Assembly (NCBI RefSeq): GCF_964355755.1 | Contig: NC_092676.1 | Span: 23,020,871-23,084,870 of the forward strand | Origin: Antedon mediterranea | Lineage: Eukaryota > Animalia > Echinodermata | Direction of reading: 5' to 3' | DNA: 64,000 bases | Part shown: positions 24,414 through 35,762 of the stretch, one piece after another | Numbering within the stretch: position 1 is the stretch's first letter | Layout: each line of letters opens with the position of its first letter | The notes under the pieces: model-generated | The model's database searches: none | Told to the model about the DNA's origin: nothing | What the model saw: the letters and a program-made list of their open reading frames with translations, nothing else | Made by a program: the position numbers and the translations under genes

Positions 24414-27400
24414 ATGGCACCGGTCTCGCACGGATTTCTGATTTTAAGATTGTGTAATTCGTGCTATCGAAACAATCTCCTGTCACAATTGTCTCTAGGA
24501 AGTATTCCTAAAGGCTCATTCTATCGATATACATGTGTGTATAAGCCTGTTTTATTTGTAATGACATGCCCTACTCTAGGCCAGGCCTAGCCTCTAGTAG
24601 GGCCTAGATAGGCTAGGCCATATTATTAAGGCAGGGTTAGATAGGAGGTAGATACTAGTAGTAGGCGAATCAGAGACGTTTCGGCCCAGTCCCTAGTGGG
24701 CCCGAGACGTTTCGGCCAATTATTCTTTTTTTTTAAATGTACAGTACTGTATTTAATAATAATAAATATCAAATTATAAAATAATTATCAAATAACATTT
24801 ATTCAAAAAAAAGGTATCAATAACCAGAGAAATAGTGCATCAACTTATAGCCGAAACTACACTTCAAAAAGCAATGAACAGCAGGGTAACTATTCCAATG
24901 GACCTCTTCAGGCTTATGATAATCTAGTAAATAGTGGAGAACTTAATGAAGACAGCCACCAAAGAGATACTGTAGCAAACTTACAGAAGTTACATAATAC
25001 ACTGCAGAGTTACCAACCAGTAAAACCAGGCTTATTTGAAAATGTTCGTTTTCAACGTTGAATAGATGATTTTCATGCTACGGAAGCCATCTTGCAAAGA
25101 TGACGAAGAGTTGTGACCAGCCAGGCGTAAAAAAACAAAAATAAGATAGCATTTTCAGTGGAGAAAACAGCTTCCGTAAACGAAAATCATCTATTAAATT
25201 TTAAAACTCTTCTTCTTAATTATTATTAAAAAACACCATTTTGATAGCTTTATACTTTTCTTGGGGTCATTAGGCCAAAAGAAATGATGATTTTTTGCTA
25301 AGATGTAATGTTTTTGGTTCAATATAAACTATTTTAGTTAAAATTATTATGCAAAATTCATATTCTATTTGAAAGATAATCTTAATAGCTATCTATCAAT
25401 ACAATTTTAAATAAAATACATATAGTATTAAAAGTTATGATATGAGTTATTAAAGATATATTGTCCCCCTGAAAACATTTTTTTGTTTAACACTAATAGA
25501 CTTGGACTAATAGAGGCGGCAATAAGACACCTTAACTAAGCTTCTTTTAGGCACTCAGCTTATTATTAATTTTAAAACTTAGATTTTTCTATCACAGTGA
25601 GTTAATTTTTTCTTTCTACCATTTATTAATGACAGCTTCAAATATTTGGGAAGCCCAAACCTAGACCAGGACCGAAAGGCTTGTACCTGTATGGAAGTGT
25701 TGGCACTGGGAAAACGATGCTTATGGACTTGTTTTATAAATATCTAGAGGGTGGTAACAAACGAAGGACGCATTTTGACTCCTTCATGTTAGAGGTTCAT
25801 ACAAGTAAGTTTATACTATAGGGATATAGGCATCATGATTGATTGATGTAATATTTACTATAAAAATTGCAAAGGAAACAAAGTAGTAGAATAGAATTAT
25901 TATTATTATCTTATACTGTATAAAGGTATTACAATTATTTACACATAGGAATTCATGAGTTGAAGTTGAAACAGCCAAAAGGCAAGGATGCTCGTAAATC
26001 CAGAGGATTCGACCCCATTCCTCCGGTTGCCAGGGAGATCAGCGAGAGTACCTGGCTGCTATGCTTTGATGAATTTCAGGTAAATAATAATCATTTTAAA
26101 TTTGCAGTTTGTGCACAGGAAAAGATGTTCTATTTGGAAATTAACATTTTTATAATTGGAATTTACTTTACTATTTTTTTTTTAAATACTTATTTTTCAT
26201 TGAGGTTGTGGACATAGCAGATGCTATGATACTTAAATACCTATTCACAGAGTTATTTGCCAATGGTGTAGTTGTCGTGGCAACATCAAACAGAAAACCA
26301 GATGATTTGTACAAAAATGGGCTTCAGCGCAGTAATTTTTTACCTTTCATTAAAATTTTAAAGGTAATGTTTGTTTGCTTAGTAATTCTATATCAATAAT
26401 CTAGTTTTCAACGTTTGTGAATATTTTAAACAATTTGGCTTTCATTTATCTAAAAGAATTCAAGATCTTAAATTTGAAACTGAATTTCCTTTTTTCTCTT
26501 TTATTTGTAGAGTCATTGTGAAGTTCTACAATTGGATTCTGGGATTGATTATCGGCAAGCCACCGATCTCCAAGACGACCAGGATACTTACTTTTCTAAC
26601 ACTACATGTGATGCAAACACTGTGATTGAACAAATATTTAAGAAATTGGCACTTAAAGAAGATGAAGGTATTAGATAGTGCTGTATTTACTCTAGTCATG
26701 GAGTTGGAGTTGTTGGTGGTTATGATGCTCGGTTACCAATCCAAGGGTCCTGGGTTCATGTCCTGTCATGTACGGATTTATCTAAATGACGATTTACAAC
26801 TCCACTCCCAAAGACTTGTAATAAGAGTTTTATGTAGAGTATCTTTTGTGTATGTTTAGCAGGTGAACAGGATTGCCACCTCGATATTGAATTAATTTGC
26901 TTATGGTTATCCTTGGCAATTTAGCTAAATATAACAAATCACAGTAATTAGAATAAACTTAACACAAGATCCAATCTCAGAATCTTTGAATTTTATAGGC
27001 AGATGTTTAAAACACTGACAATTTTGTTTTAGATCAATTCTATCATTTCAGAAAATGCATATTTTTTTTCAATTTTGTTTACTTACTTTTAAAATTTTTG
27101 TATTATTAGTTATTCAACCACGACGTATTGTGCTTAGAGGCCGCTATCTCAATATTAAAACTACCTGTGGGCGTAATGCAATGTTCACTTTTAGGGAATT
27201 ATGTGAGATGGTATGTAAATGTTGTATATTTACTTGAAATTCAACTTTTATTTTAGACAAACTGTCCTTATATGATACATATACAAATATTCTTTATGAC
27301 ACATGTTGTAATAACTTGCTATATAAGGATAATAAGGATTTCTGGTGGTTTAAATTTGGGGATATTCATCATCATTCAACGGTCCGCGGAAGTTTCTTGT

Positions 27401-30400
27401 ATGCGCACTGTAAATTGCATGCTCTGTTGGGCGTCACACATTGCAGTGACGTCTGTTTCGAAAGCTCCCTGGTAACTAACATATGTAATATACTGTTCAC
27501 CAAGTAATTGTATATTGTTTGTTTTCAGCCTGTGGGGGCAGCAGACTATTTAGCAATTGCCAATAACTTTGATACTGTTCTGATTAAGGATATACCTCAG
27601 ATGTCAATGCGTACAAGAACGGCACTCAAAAGGTTTATTGTCATGATTGATAATTTTTATGACAATAAGGTAAGCAATAGGTATAGTAATATTTAAATAA
27701 ATTCCTAGTTCCGGTAGCACCACCCTCCCCTTTTAAGTGAGAAAAATTGTAGTACTCATTCAAATACAATTAATGTTTATTATATTATCTAGGTGCGATT
27801 GATATGTGCTGCTGAAGTTCCAATGAACCAATTATTTATATTGAGTGATATTGGTCAGAAAGATGCTGATAACAGTAGGCTTCTTATGGATGACCTAGGT
27901 ATCGAACAGGTGTGTATTAATTCATTTGACACTATCATCATCATCATTTATTTGAGTCAGCTTTCTCCCTCTTCCAAGGGGTTACTGACAGTCACTCATT
28001 CCAGGCTGCTACGCCATCTCTCCACTTCTTCCTGTCTTGCACATCATTTTCCTGCAAACCAACTTTCCTACTTTCTTTCTTTACCATATCTTTCTCTATC
28101 ATCTTTGGCTGTTCTCTTTCTCTTATACCGCCAACTTCTAAATGCCAAGCTCTCTTTACTGGTTCATCTTTTCTTAGAATATGTCCCATCCATCTCAAGC
28201 TACACCTCATAACAACGTCCACAATTGTTTCACTCAGACCTAGACGTCCTCCTTTTGGCCAGCTTAACATCACACATCCTTCTTAAGCTCTATCTACACT
28301 ATCAAATTGTATGTAATGTGATGTGCCCAACTGCTTATTAGTAGAGTAGAAATAAGGTTTCACCTCAAAAAAATTGCAACAAAAGGTATTTCAACGGATT
28401 TTGGTAGTATTAGGTGTACTAAACAACAGAAAAAAAGTCTCAAGAATTTCGACCCCCGGAAAGTGGTTTTTTTCAAGATGGCCGCCAAAATAGATAAAAA
28501 GTGAAAATGGCCATACCTCCTAAACTACTTGGTCTATTGATATAATTTTGGTATCAACATACTCAGAACATACATATTTATATTCGCTAATAGAACATTT
28601 TGGCCAAAATTGACCGGAAATACCATTTCTGACAATTTAACCTTTGACCTTGATATGTTGTATCTTGGTAACCACTGACCGTAGGGAAACAAATGATGGC
28701 TCAAATTGTTCAGAATGTACATATTTACATTTATTGTAATGAGACATTTTGTCAAAAAATGGTTAGAAGTAAAGGTTATTGACCTTTAACCTTTATGTAT
28801 GTAGAATTTCCATATCTCGGCAACTATGTGTGGTAGAGATTTAAAATTGGGCTCTAAATACTGAGAATATACTTATTTATATTTACTCTAATGAAACAGT
28901 TTGACAGAAAATGACCAGAAACGACATGTTGGACCATTGACCTTGATATGCTATATTTCGATAATGACTGACTGAGATACACCATTTATGGCTCAATTTG
29001 TTCAGAATATAATTATAACTTTTAAATTTCTAATTACGGTATAGCAGCAATTGATTAGATATTGTGCATGTATTTAGTACGGCATCTTAAACAACTGTTC
29101 CAACTTCGTCTTCATCATCGTCATCAATCTTTCTATCTACGTTGTCCCATTCTTCTAGTTGACACACTCCACAAACTGAAGCACATGCCAATCCATAGCG
29201 TCTACAACGGCAACATACATCAAGTAGTTACAAAGGATGATTTTCAAAGTTCTTCTGGAGCAGCAGTTTCCATCGTCATTATTGGCACAAATGTTTTATT
29301 ACAAACTTTCCATCCCCACTTGGTAGCATCCATGCTATTATCTTTCTATAGCCATTGCATGATTTGACTGACATTCTGTAGCAGATGACGTTGGTGGTAG
29401 TTGTTGAGGCTAGGTTTGATAAATGATTTACCCTCAACAACTTTTTTATTAAATAGCTTGCATCTGTAGCTATTCAGGGAATCCAGTGACTTCGCTCCAA
29501 AAAGAATAGACATGTCCTTCAGTTCAAACTCCTCGATAGTTTAAAGTTTCTGATGCGGTTGAGTGAAAATATCGGCACACATGTCATATTCTGGGTTACT
29601 TTCAATCAATTTATTAAATGCCGCTTTCTTGCCGATTCCGAAAATCCTAGACGTCGAATCACAACCAGTGAATGCATGCACTATGGGTAATGCAGTTCAC
29701 ATTTTATATCCTAAAACAGATTTTAATCTGAAGTACACTTCTCGGTTTGTTGTATTTACATGATACAGTAAAAGTACCAGTAAGTCCGTGTCTTCTCCAA
29801 TCAAAGTTACTGTATTATGTTCAGAGACTTCAACTGTTGCCAGAGCAATGTCAACATCGGCATTGTTGTTTTAGTTTTTTTTTAACCATATTTAATGAGG
29901 GTGATCCACGCAGCTATTGCTGATCATTAGGGACCCTCAGAGGTTCACAAGACAAACATATACACAAGATGCTCTACAAAACAAAGTCTTATTACAAGTC
30001 TTTGGGAGTGGAGTAATTTGGTCCTTAGAAAAAATCCTGACATGTGACGGGACTTGAACTCAGGACCCTTGGAGTGGTAGCCAAGCATCATAACCATAAC
30101 TCGTTGGCTGCATGTCGTACAGGACATTCTTTTTTCTGTAGCTCATATGAAAGCATGTTGATAAATTTGTGTTTGTTCTCATGCCTTGACAGGAATTCTT
30201 CTTTCTTTCCATCAAATTCAGTTAGGACAAATCTCTCTAGACGATGTAATGAAATATGAACTAAGTCCGTTTCCACCCTCACTCTTCGAAGCCAAAGACA
30301 TCTTTAGGAAGGCAAATAAACCAATAAATTGATAGAAAGTAACCTAGAATATGACACTGATGTGTGCCGATATTTTCACTCAACCGCATCAGAAACTTCA

Positions 30401-32411
30401 AACTATCGAGGAGTTTGGATTAAAGGCCACGTCTATTCTTTTTGGAGCCAAGTCACTGGATTTCCTAAATAGCTACAGATGCAAGCTGTTTAATAAGAAA
30501 GTTGCTGAGGGTAAATAATTTATCAAACCTCAACAACTACTACCACCAACCTCATCTGCTACAAAATGTCACAGTCTTAGAGTATACTATCAAATCATGC
30601 AATGGATAAAGAAAGATAATACCATGGATGCTGCCAAGTTGGGGAAGTTTTTAATAAAACATTTGTGCCAATAATGACGATTGAAACTGCTGCTTCAGAA
30701 GAACTTTTGAAAATCATCCTTTGTAACTGTACTACTGGATGTAAAACTGTATGTTGCAGTGGTAGATGCTATGGATTGGCATGTGCTTCAGTTTGTTGAG
30801 TGAGTCAACTAGAAGAATGGAACAACGTAGATAGAGAGATTGATGACGATGATGAAGACGAAGTTGTTTAGGATGCCGTACTAAATACATGCACAATATC
30901 CAATCAACTGCTGCTATACCGTAAATAGAAATTTAAAATTATTATTATATTCGTTTTTGTTTACTTTTCCGGTTTTTTATTCACTATTATTATTAAGAAT
31001 GTATACAGTATGTTCTGAACAATTTGAACTTGAACTCATATTCTAAATATAATATAATAAATGTAAAATATTACAGTTACTTGATTCCCAGGAAAGCTCT
31101 TAATTCCATGGGTAGATTAGACCATTACGAAATAAAATAATTATATTCTGAACAAATTGAGCCATAAATAGTGTATCTCAGTCAGTCATTATCGAAATAT
31201 AGCATGTCAAGGTCAATGGTAAAAAAAATGTCGTTTCTGGTCATTTTTTGTCAAACTGTTTCATTAGAGTAAATATAAATAAGTATATTCTCAGTATTTA
31301 GAGCCCAATTTTAAATCTCTACCACACATAGTTGCCGAGATATGGAAATTCTACATAGATAAAGGTTAAAGGTCAATAACCTTTACTTCCAACCATTTTT
31401 TGACAAAATGTCTCATTACAATAAATGTAAATATGTACATTCTGAACAATTTGAGCCATCATTTGTTTCCCTACGGTCAGTTATTACCAAGATACAACAT
31501 ATCAAGGTCAAAGGTCAAATTGTCAGAAATGGTATTTCCGGTCAATTTTGGCCAAAATGTTCTATTATAGCGAATATAAATATGCATGTTCTGAGTATGT
31601 TGGTACCAAAATTATATCAATAGACCAAGTAGTTTAGGAGGTATGGCCATTTTCACTTTTTATCTATTTTGGCGGCCATCTTGAAAAAAACCACTTTCCG
31701 GGGGTCGAAATTCTTGAGACTTTTTTTCTGTTGTTTAGTAGACCCAATACTACCAAAATCCGTTGAAAAACCTTTTGTTGCAATTTTTTTGAGGTTGGCC
31801 CCTTTTTTTCATTAGTTCTACTCTACTATATATGGGCATGATGAAGTCATATCACTACCATATTTGGGCATATCACTACCATATGTAGGCACATCACACT
31901 TTTTTTTGTCAAAATTGTTTGATAGTGTATCATTGTCCTTTCTGTTCTTCTTAAAAGTCATTCTTCAGTTGTCTTTATGAGTTACCATGCAGCTTTCATG
32001 ACCACAATTTCAATGGATTTCTATGTTTTAGAATTGGAACATTACACTGTCTAAAAATGCAGCAATAGTGTCAAAAATACATGTTTAAGTCGAGTAATTG
32101 TTCTAATTCTTGTTAGTTTTTGTTAGTTTTTATTTATCTTTTTTTGTATATCTCGGAGCAAACATATTGTTATGTATATTTTATCTGAAAATGAAAATAA
32201 CTGGAATTTTCCACAGATGAATGAATGATGTCCTAAATAGTGATATAAAATACTTTTTTTTTATCAGCGTTCTGAGCTTAGCAAGGCTTCAATCTTCACC
32301 GGTGAAGAAGAGAAATTTGCGTGGGAACGAACTTATTCGCGCTTAATGGAGATGCAAACGGAAGCTTACTGGTTAAGCCGAGAACCTCAATCTAAGAGGG
32401 AAGATTTATGA
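24414..32411 (+). CDS. AFG1L: AFG1-like ATPase (lactation elevated protein 1 / ZapE family), mitochondrial, about 489 aa, 10 exons
   Basis: Exons 24414-24534, 24814-25043, 25636-25804, 25949-26079, 26205-26363, 26511-26667, 27110-27210, 27529-27669, 27793-27909, 32268-32411 (1,470 nt, in frame). Family motifs: [22 protein letters not shown] (Walker A), [18 protein letters not shown] (Walker B), [66 protein letters not shown]. The N-terminus is Arg/Ser/Leu-rich and lacks acidic residues, like a mitochondrial presequence. The exon 1-2 junction is the least certain. Confidence 0.95.
25061..25195. mobile_element. Small MITE, about 135 bp, in AFG1L intron 2
   Basis: Imperfect TIR AATAGATGATTTTC...ACGGAAGC / GCTTCCGT...GAAAATCATCTATT. 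Confidence 0.65.
26695..26940 (+). mobile_element. tRNA-derived SINE (same family as 29869-30102) in AFG1L intron 6
   Basis: GGTTATGATGCTCGGTTACCAATCCAAGGGTCCTGGGTTCATGTCC...ACTCCACTCCCAAAGACTTGTAATAAGA matches the reverse complement of about 29985-30100. Confidence 0.7.
27935..28280 (-). mobile_element. 5'-truncated RTE-clade LINE 3' end
   Basis: ORF 27992-28273 reads [29 protein letters not shown]...QDRKKWR, typical of the RTE ORF C-terminus, followed by a (TGA)n tail (atcatcatcat on the plus strand). Confidence 0.75.
29090..30240 (-). pseudogene. Degenerate XPG/FEN1-like nuclease + Cys-rich ORF relic of the Academ-like element (left-arm copy)
   Basis: Reads [35 protein letters not shown] [SINE] [11 protein letters not shown]...[13 protein letters not shown]...[24 protein letters not shown], with stops and deletions. 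A second partial copy lies on the plus strand at about 30240-30870 ([24 protein letters not shown] joined by a deletion to NKLIESN...). Confidence 0.75.
29869..30102 (-). mobile_element. tRNA-derived SINE inserted in the Academ-like ORF relic
   Basis: Head TATGGTTATGATGCTTGGCTACCACTCCAAGGGTCCTGAGTTCAAGTCC (A- and B-box-like), A-rich tail, flanked by a CAAC duplication. Removing it restores the frame HAANNADVD. Same head and body as the copy near 26700. Confidence 0.75.
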
Positions 32412-35400
32412 CGAATTTCTATTTGTAGAACTTTATAGGCTGTTTTTTGTTGTGCGCCCCCCCCCCCCCCAGTATGTGTAAACTCTAGAGTTTTGATAGG
32501 CAATGTGAAAGGGTTAACAATCTTCAATGATCCATTTGAATAGTGCTAGTGCTAATTTATTTCCATATGGATTAAAACGTTACTGTATCCAAAGAATTTA
32601 TTTACATATAATTTAAACATTTACCTCAACATTGTTTTAAATGTGTTTGCGGTTGTAGTGGTAAAACCAATTATTTTTGAGTTGTTGTAATGTTCTTTAA
32701 TGCAAAATAATACTATGTATTGTTTTATGTTGGCCAATTTTAGATTACAGTAATTTTTTAAATGTTAAGCAATATTATAACTAAAAATTTTATTATATAT
32801 TGAATAAATTTGAAGTTTATTTACTGTTCTAGTAAAATGTACTACTGTGTTATCAAATTTGAAGAAATGGTAATCGTACTTTAAATGCACGGTTTTCAAA
32901 AACGTGTTCAAATGCTTCTAAAACGGCGCAACCTTGTATACACCCGTCTTGTTGCGTCTTCCATCCTATCATCTATGGCGTGCAATATGTGCAATACTGC
33001 AGTAATTGACAAAGGGATATCTTGACAACATATTTTCTCTTGATTGCAATGTATTTGTTTCGGAAATCGACAATTTAATTTAATTCTTTGGTTAATATGC
33101 TTACATTCACTATGCTGTATTAAATACAACTTCTAAATGAAACTTTTTCCTTTAGTTGCATTGTGAGAGAGTGTTGAATTTAATATTTTTAATGTGTAAA
33201 TAAATATATCTGCAAACTAATTATGTGACGTCATAAATGTATTTTATGTGCGTCAGCCAATCGTCTCGCGCCAAAGTTTGGTATTGCGATACATGTACAT
33301 AATGATCTATCACCCATCATATACGATATACGATCTTTGTTTTTTACTAAAAATCAACGAGTTCCACATTTGCGTTATCATCCGGTTTTTTAATGATTAT
33401 GACATGCGCAGTACTTACTAGCATTCACGTACCTGGATCACCGTTACAAATATAAATGGCACTTCATTTAAAAACAAAACAACACAAAAAGGCAGATGTC
33501 CGTTTTAATCTAATGAAGAAATGAAAGTTAATTACCGTTGATCGATTCTTGACCCTCCCGGATGCTTAACTGTAACACTCAGTGGTCAAATCCCAAGAAA
33601 ACTTGTAGTCGTGCTAAAAAGCGTGTGTATTTAAACAACTATGTTTCTATACCACTTTTTCCACTTCACCTTGTGGATAAATAACTTTTAACCGTCCTCT
33701 CCTGGTGGACAAAGTAAGCCTACTTATAACTGGCTTAAGTTTCTTAAAAGTATTGATCTGATGGTGTAATATTAATAAAGCTTTTCGAATAATTATCAAG
33801 TGTTATTAGTGATGATATCTTTAGAATTGTAATACTATAAATATAATTTCTTTAGAAATTAATATGAAAAAGAACAAGGTACTTGCATCATTTCTCCTTA
33901 ACCGCTACTAGAAAAAAAAATCTATGACGTAAATCGGCTTATTAATTTCTAATAGTTATAGCGCCACCATACTTAAAACTTGTATAGAACTTTTACTTAT
34001 GCATTAAATAATTTGTTTGTTTTTGTGTGTTTTTTTAAAAATTATTATATAACTTTGCGATTTGCCAGGTTAGGATAAAAGGTCAAGGTTAAGTTGCAGG
34101 ATAATAAATATATAAAATAATTGAAAATCCCGATAGCGATGTTTCAAAATTAGTTTCTCACAACGTTGTATTTTATTTACCGGAGCTTTAACATTTTTTT
34201 TTCTGTAAGCAAACTCTTCTGAGATTTAAAGTACGATTGTTTTAATCGATAAATTAATGACAAATCCTTATCTTTGTAATATCAACAAAAATGCATCGTT
34301 AGAAAATCGTAAGTTGATTCGTTTCGAAATGTTATAGGTATTAAGTACGTACTATCGTTAACTCGCATCTATAATGTACAAAACAGCTTAAAGCGACAAA
34401 TTAAAAATCTCTTTAAAATGTTAATTAATCACATAATACTTCAAATAAATATAATATTTAATGATTATTTAAATAATCCACCTGTATGTTGCATAATTAA
34501 ACGTCAATTAACGAGGAGAAATACAAGCTTGTGACGTCTTAAATAATCAACGCGGAAACATATACAAAATGCTAGAGCTGTTCGCTTTAAACACCAAGAC
34601 AAACATAATGTTCACATACACCCACGGAAACATTGGTGAGTCTATTAATGATAATTATGTAATAATCGTTTTAATAATATCATTTTGATATCATCAATAA
34701 AAGCGAAGTGAATTCGAGTATTTAAATTAATTCCTTTAAATCCTTATTGTACATTTTAAATGCGTCACGTAAGCCATGTTGATATATGTTTTAAGTTGAA
34801 CAATTTAAATTTCACAGAATTGGATTACGTTTGAACCGTACCTTTAATTGACGTGATCATGACCGGCAGAGAGAAACACATTTCACCGTCTCCTATTTAA
34901 ACTGACGCGCTTGTCTCTGATGACACGTGATGTTTACTATACTGTAAAACATGGAGAGGTCCACGACTGCACTATACAACATAACTTACTTTAAGTAAAA
35001 ACTATCGTAAATATGAAACAATATAAATGTATTTAAACTATCAAATTGATATTAAATGTATAATTGCAATAAATTGGTCGGAAAGTAACAGTAAAATATA
35101 CGATACTATAATTATATAAGCCATAATAAATGTATAAGCCATTGTTAAGCATCGTCACTCGTTAACACGTATATGATGACGCAATAAAACAATAATATAA
35201 AACTATATATTGTCTTAGTTATTCGTCATATAAAAGTTTAAAGAAACGAATTACACACGTTAGGCCTATAAAGACTTTTTTCAAACGCGTCAAAATGTCA
35301 TTGAGAATTGGACCGCGCGGGGGCGGTGTGACGATATCCAGAGATGTTAGATAAGAAAGTTGACTTTTTAAATGACACAGTTTACTGCTAAAGTGCTCTA

Positions 35401-35629
35401 ATGAGAGTCGTAATATGTTTGAATAATGCTATGTGTAGGCCCAGATTAACTAGCGTACATTGGTAATAACTATACAACCGATATCGCAACCCCCGTGTCT
35501 AGTCCGATGTCCTTTTTACGTAGGCCTAATCTTAAAGAATTCGAGCAAGACACAACACGTCTATGTATTTTTTAATTTAAAAAAATGTATTCTCAATATA
35601 AGAATTGTTAATTTAGTTTTACACCTGTA

Positions 35630-35762
35630 AAAAGTTTGATGTACCCAAATATGGTAGTGATATGCTCAAGTATGGTAGTGATATGACATCATCAAGTCCA
35701 TACAATTATGGGCACATCACATTTTGTTTGTCACATACAGTTGTATAGTGTAGACAGAGCTT
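35630..35762. mobile_element. Copy of the 21-bp-array MITE family
   Basis: CCCAAATATGGTAGTGATATG...GGGCACATCACA...ATAGTGTAGACAGAGCTT. Confidence 0.7.

Larger units (their letters stand above)
28339..31828. mobile_element. Non-autonomous Academ (AcademX)-like DNA transposon with foldback structure, 3,490 bp, in AFG1L intron 9
   Basis: Termini TAGTAGAGTAGAA...TTCTACTCTACTA with a 3-bp TSD TAT (28336-28338 and 31829-31831). Long inverted arms at about 28339-29615 and 30323-31828. Degenerate protein relics: FEN1/XPG-like NADVDIA...[11 protein letters not shown] and [18 protein letters not shown] (minus strand), [22 protein letters not shown] and Cys-rich [22 protein letters not shown] (plus strand). 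XPG domain plus Cys8 finger, TAG termini and a 3-4 bp TSD fit AcademX as I know the family. Confidence 0.8.
28285..31930. mobile_element. Copy of the 21-bp-array MITE family, split in two (28285-28338 and 31829-31930) by the Academ-like element
   Basis: Left part AGCTCTATCTACACTATCAAA...GTGATGTGCCCA; right part TATATGGGCATGATGAAGTCATATCACTACC...GTTTGATAGTGTA. The two parts are contiguous in uninterrupted copies. Confidence 0.75.

Noticed and set aside
28534-31623. Mirror-image ORFs 28534-28755 (-) and 31408-31623 (+)
   Set aside because: Chance ORFs duplicated by the transposon's inverted repeats, with no recognisable protein motif.
28339-31828. Assembly or chimeric-read foldback artefact
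   Set aside because: The arms differ by many substitutions and arm-specific indels, the ends are asymmetric, and a TSD and a split MITE flank the element. This favours a real element, though long reads should confirm it.
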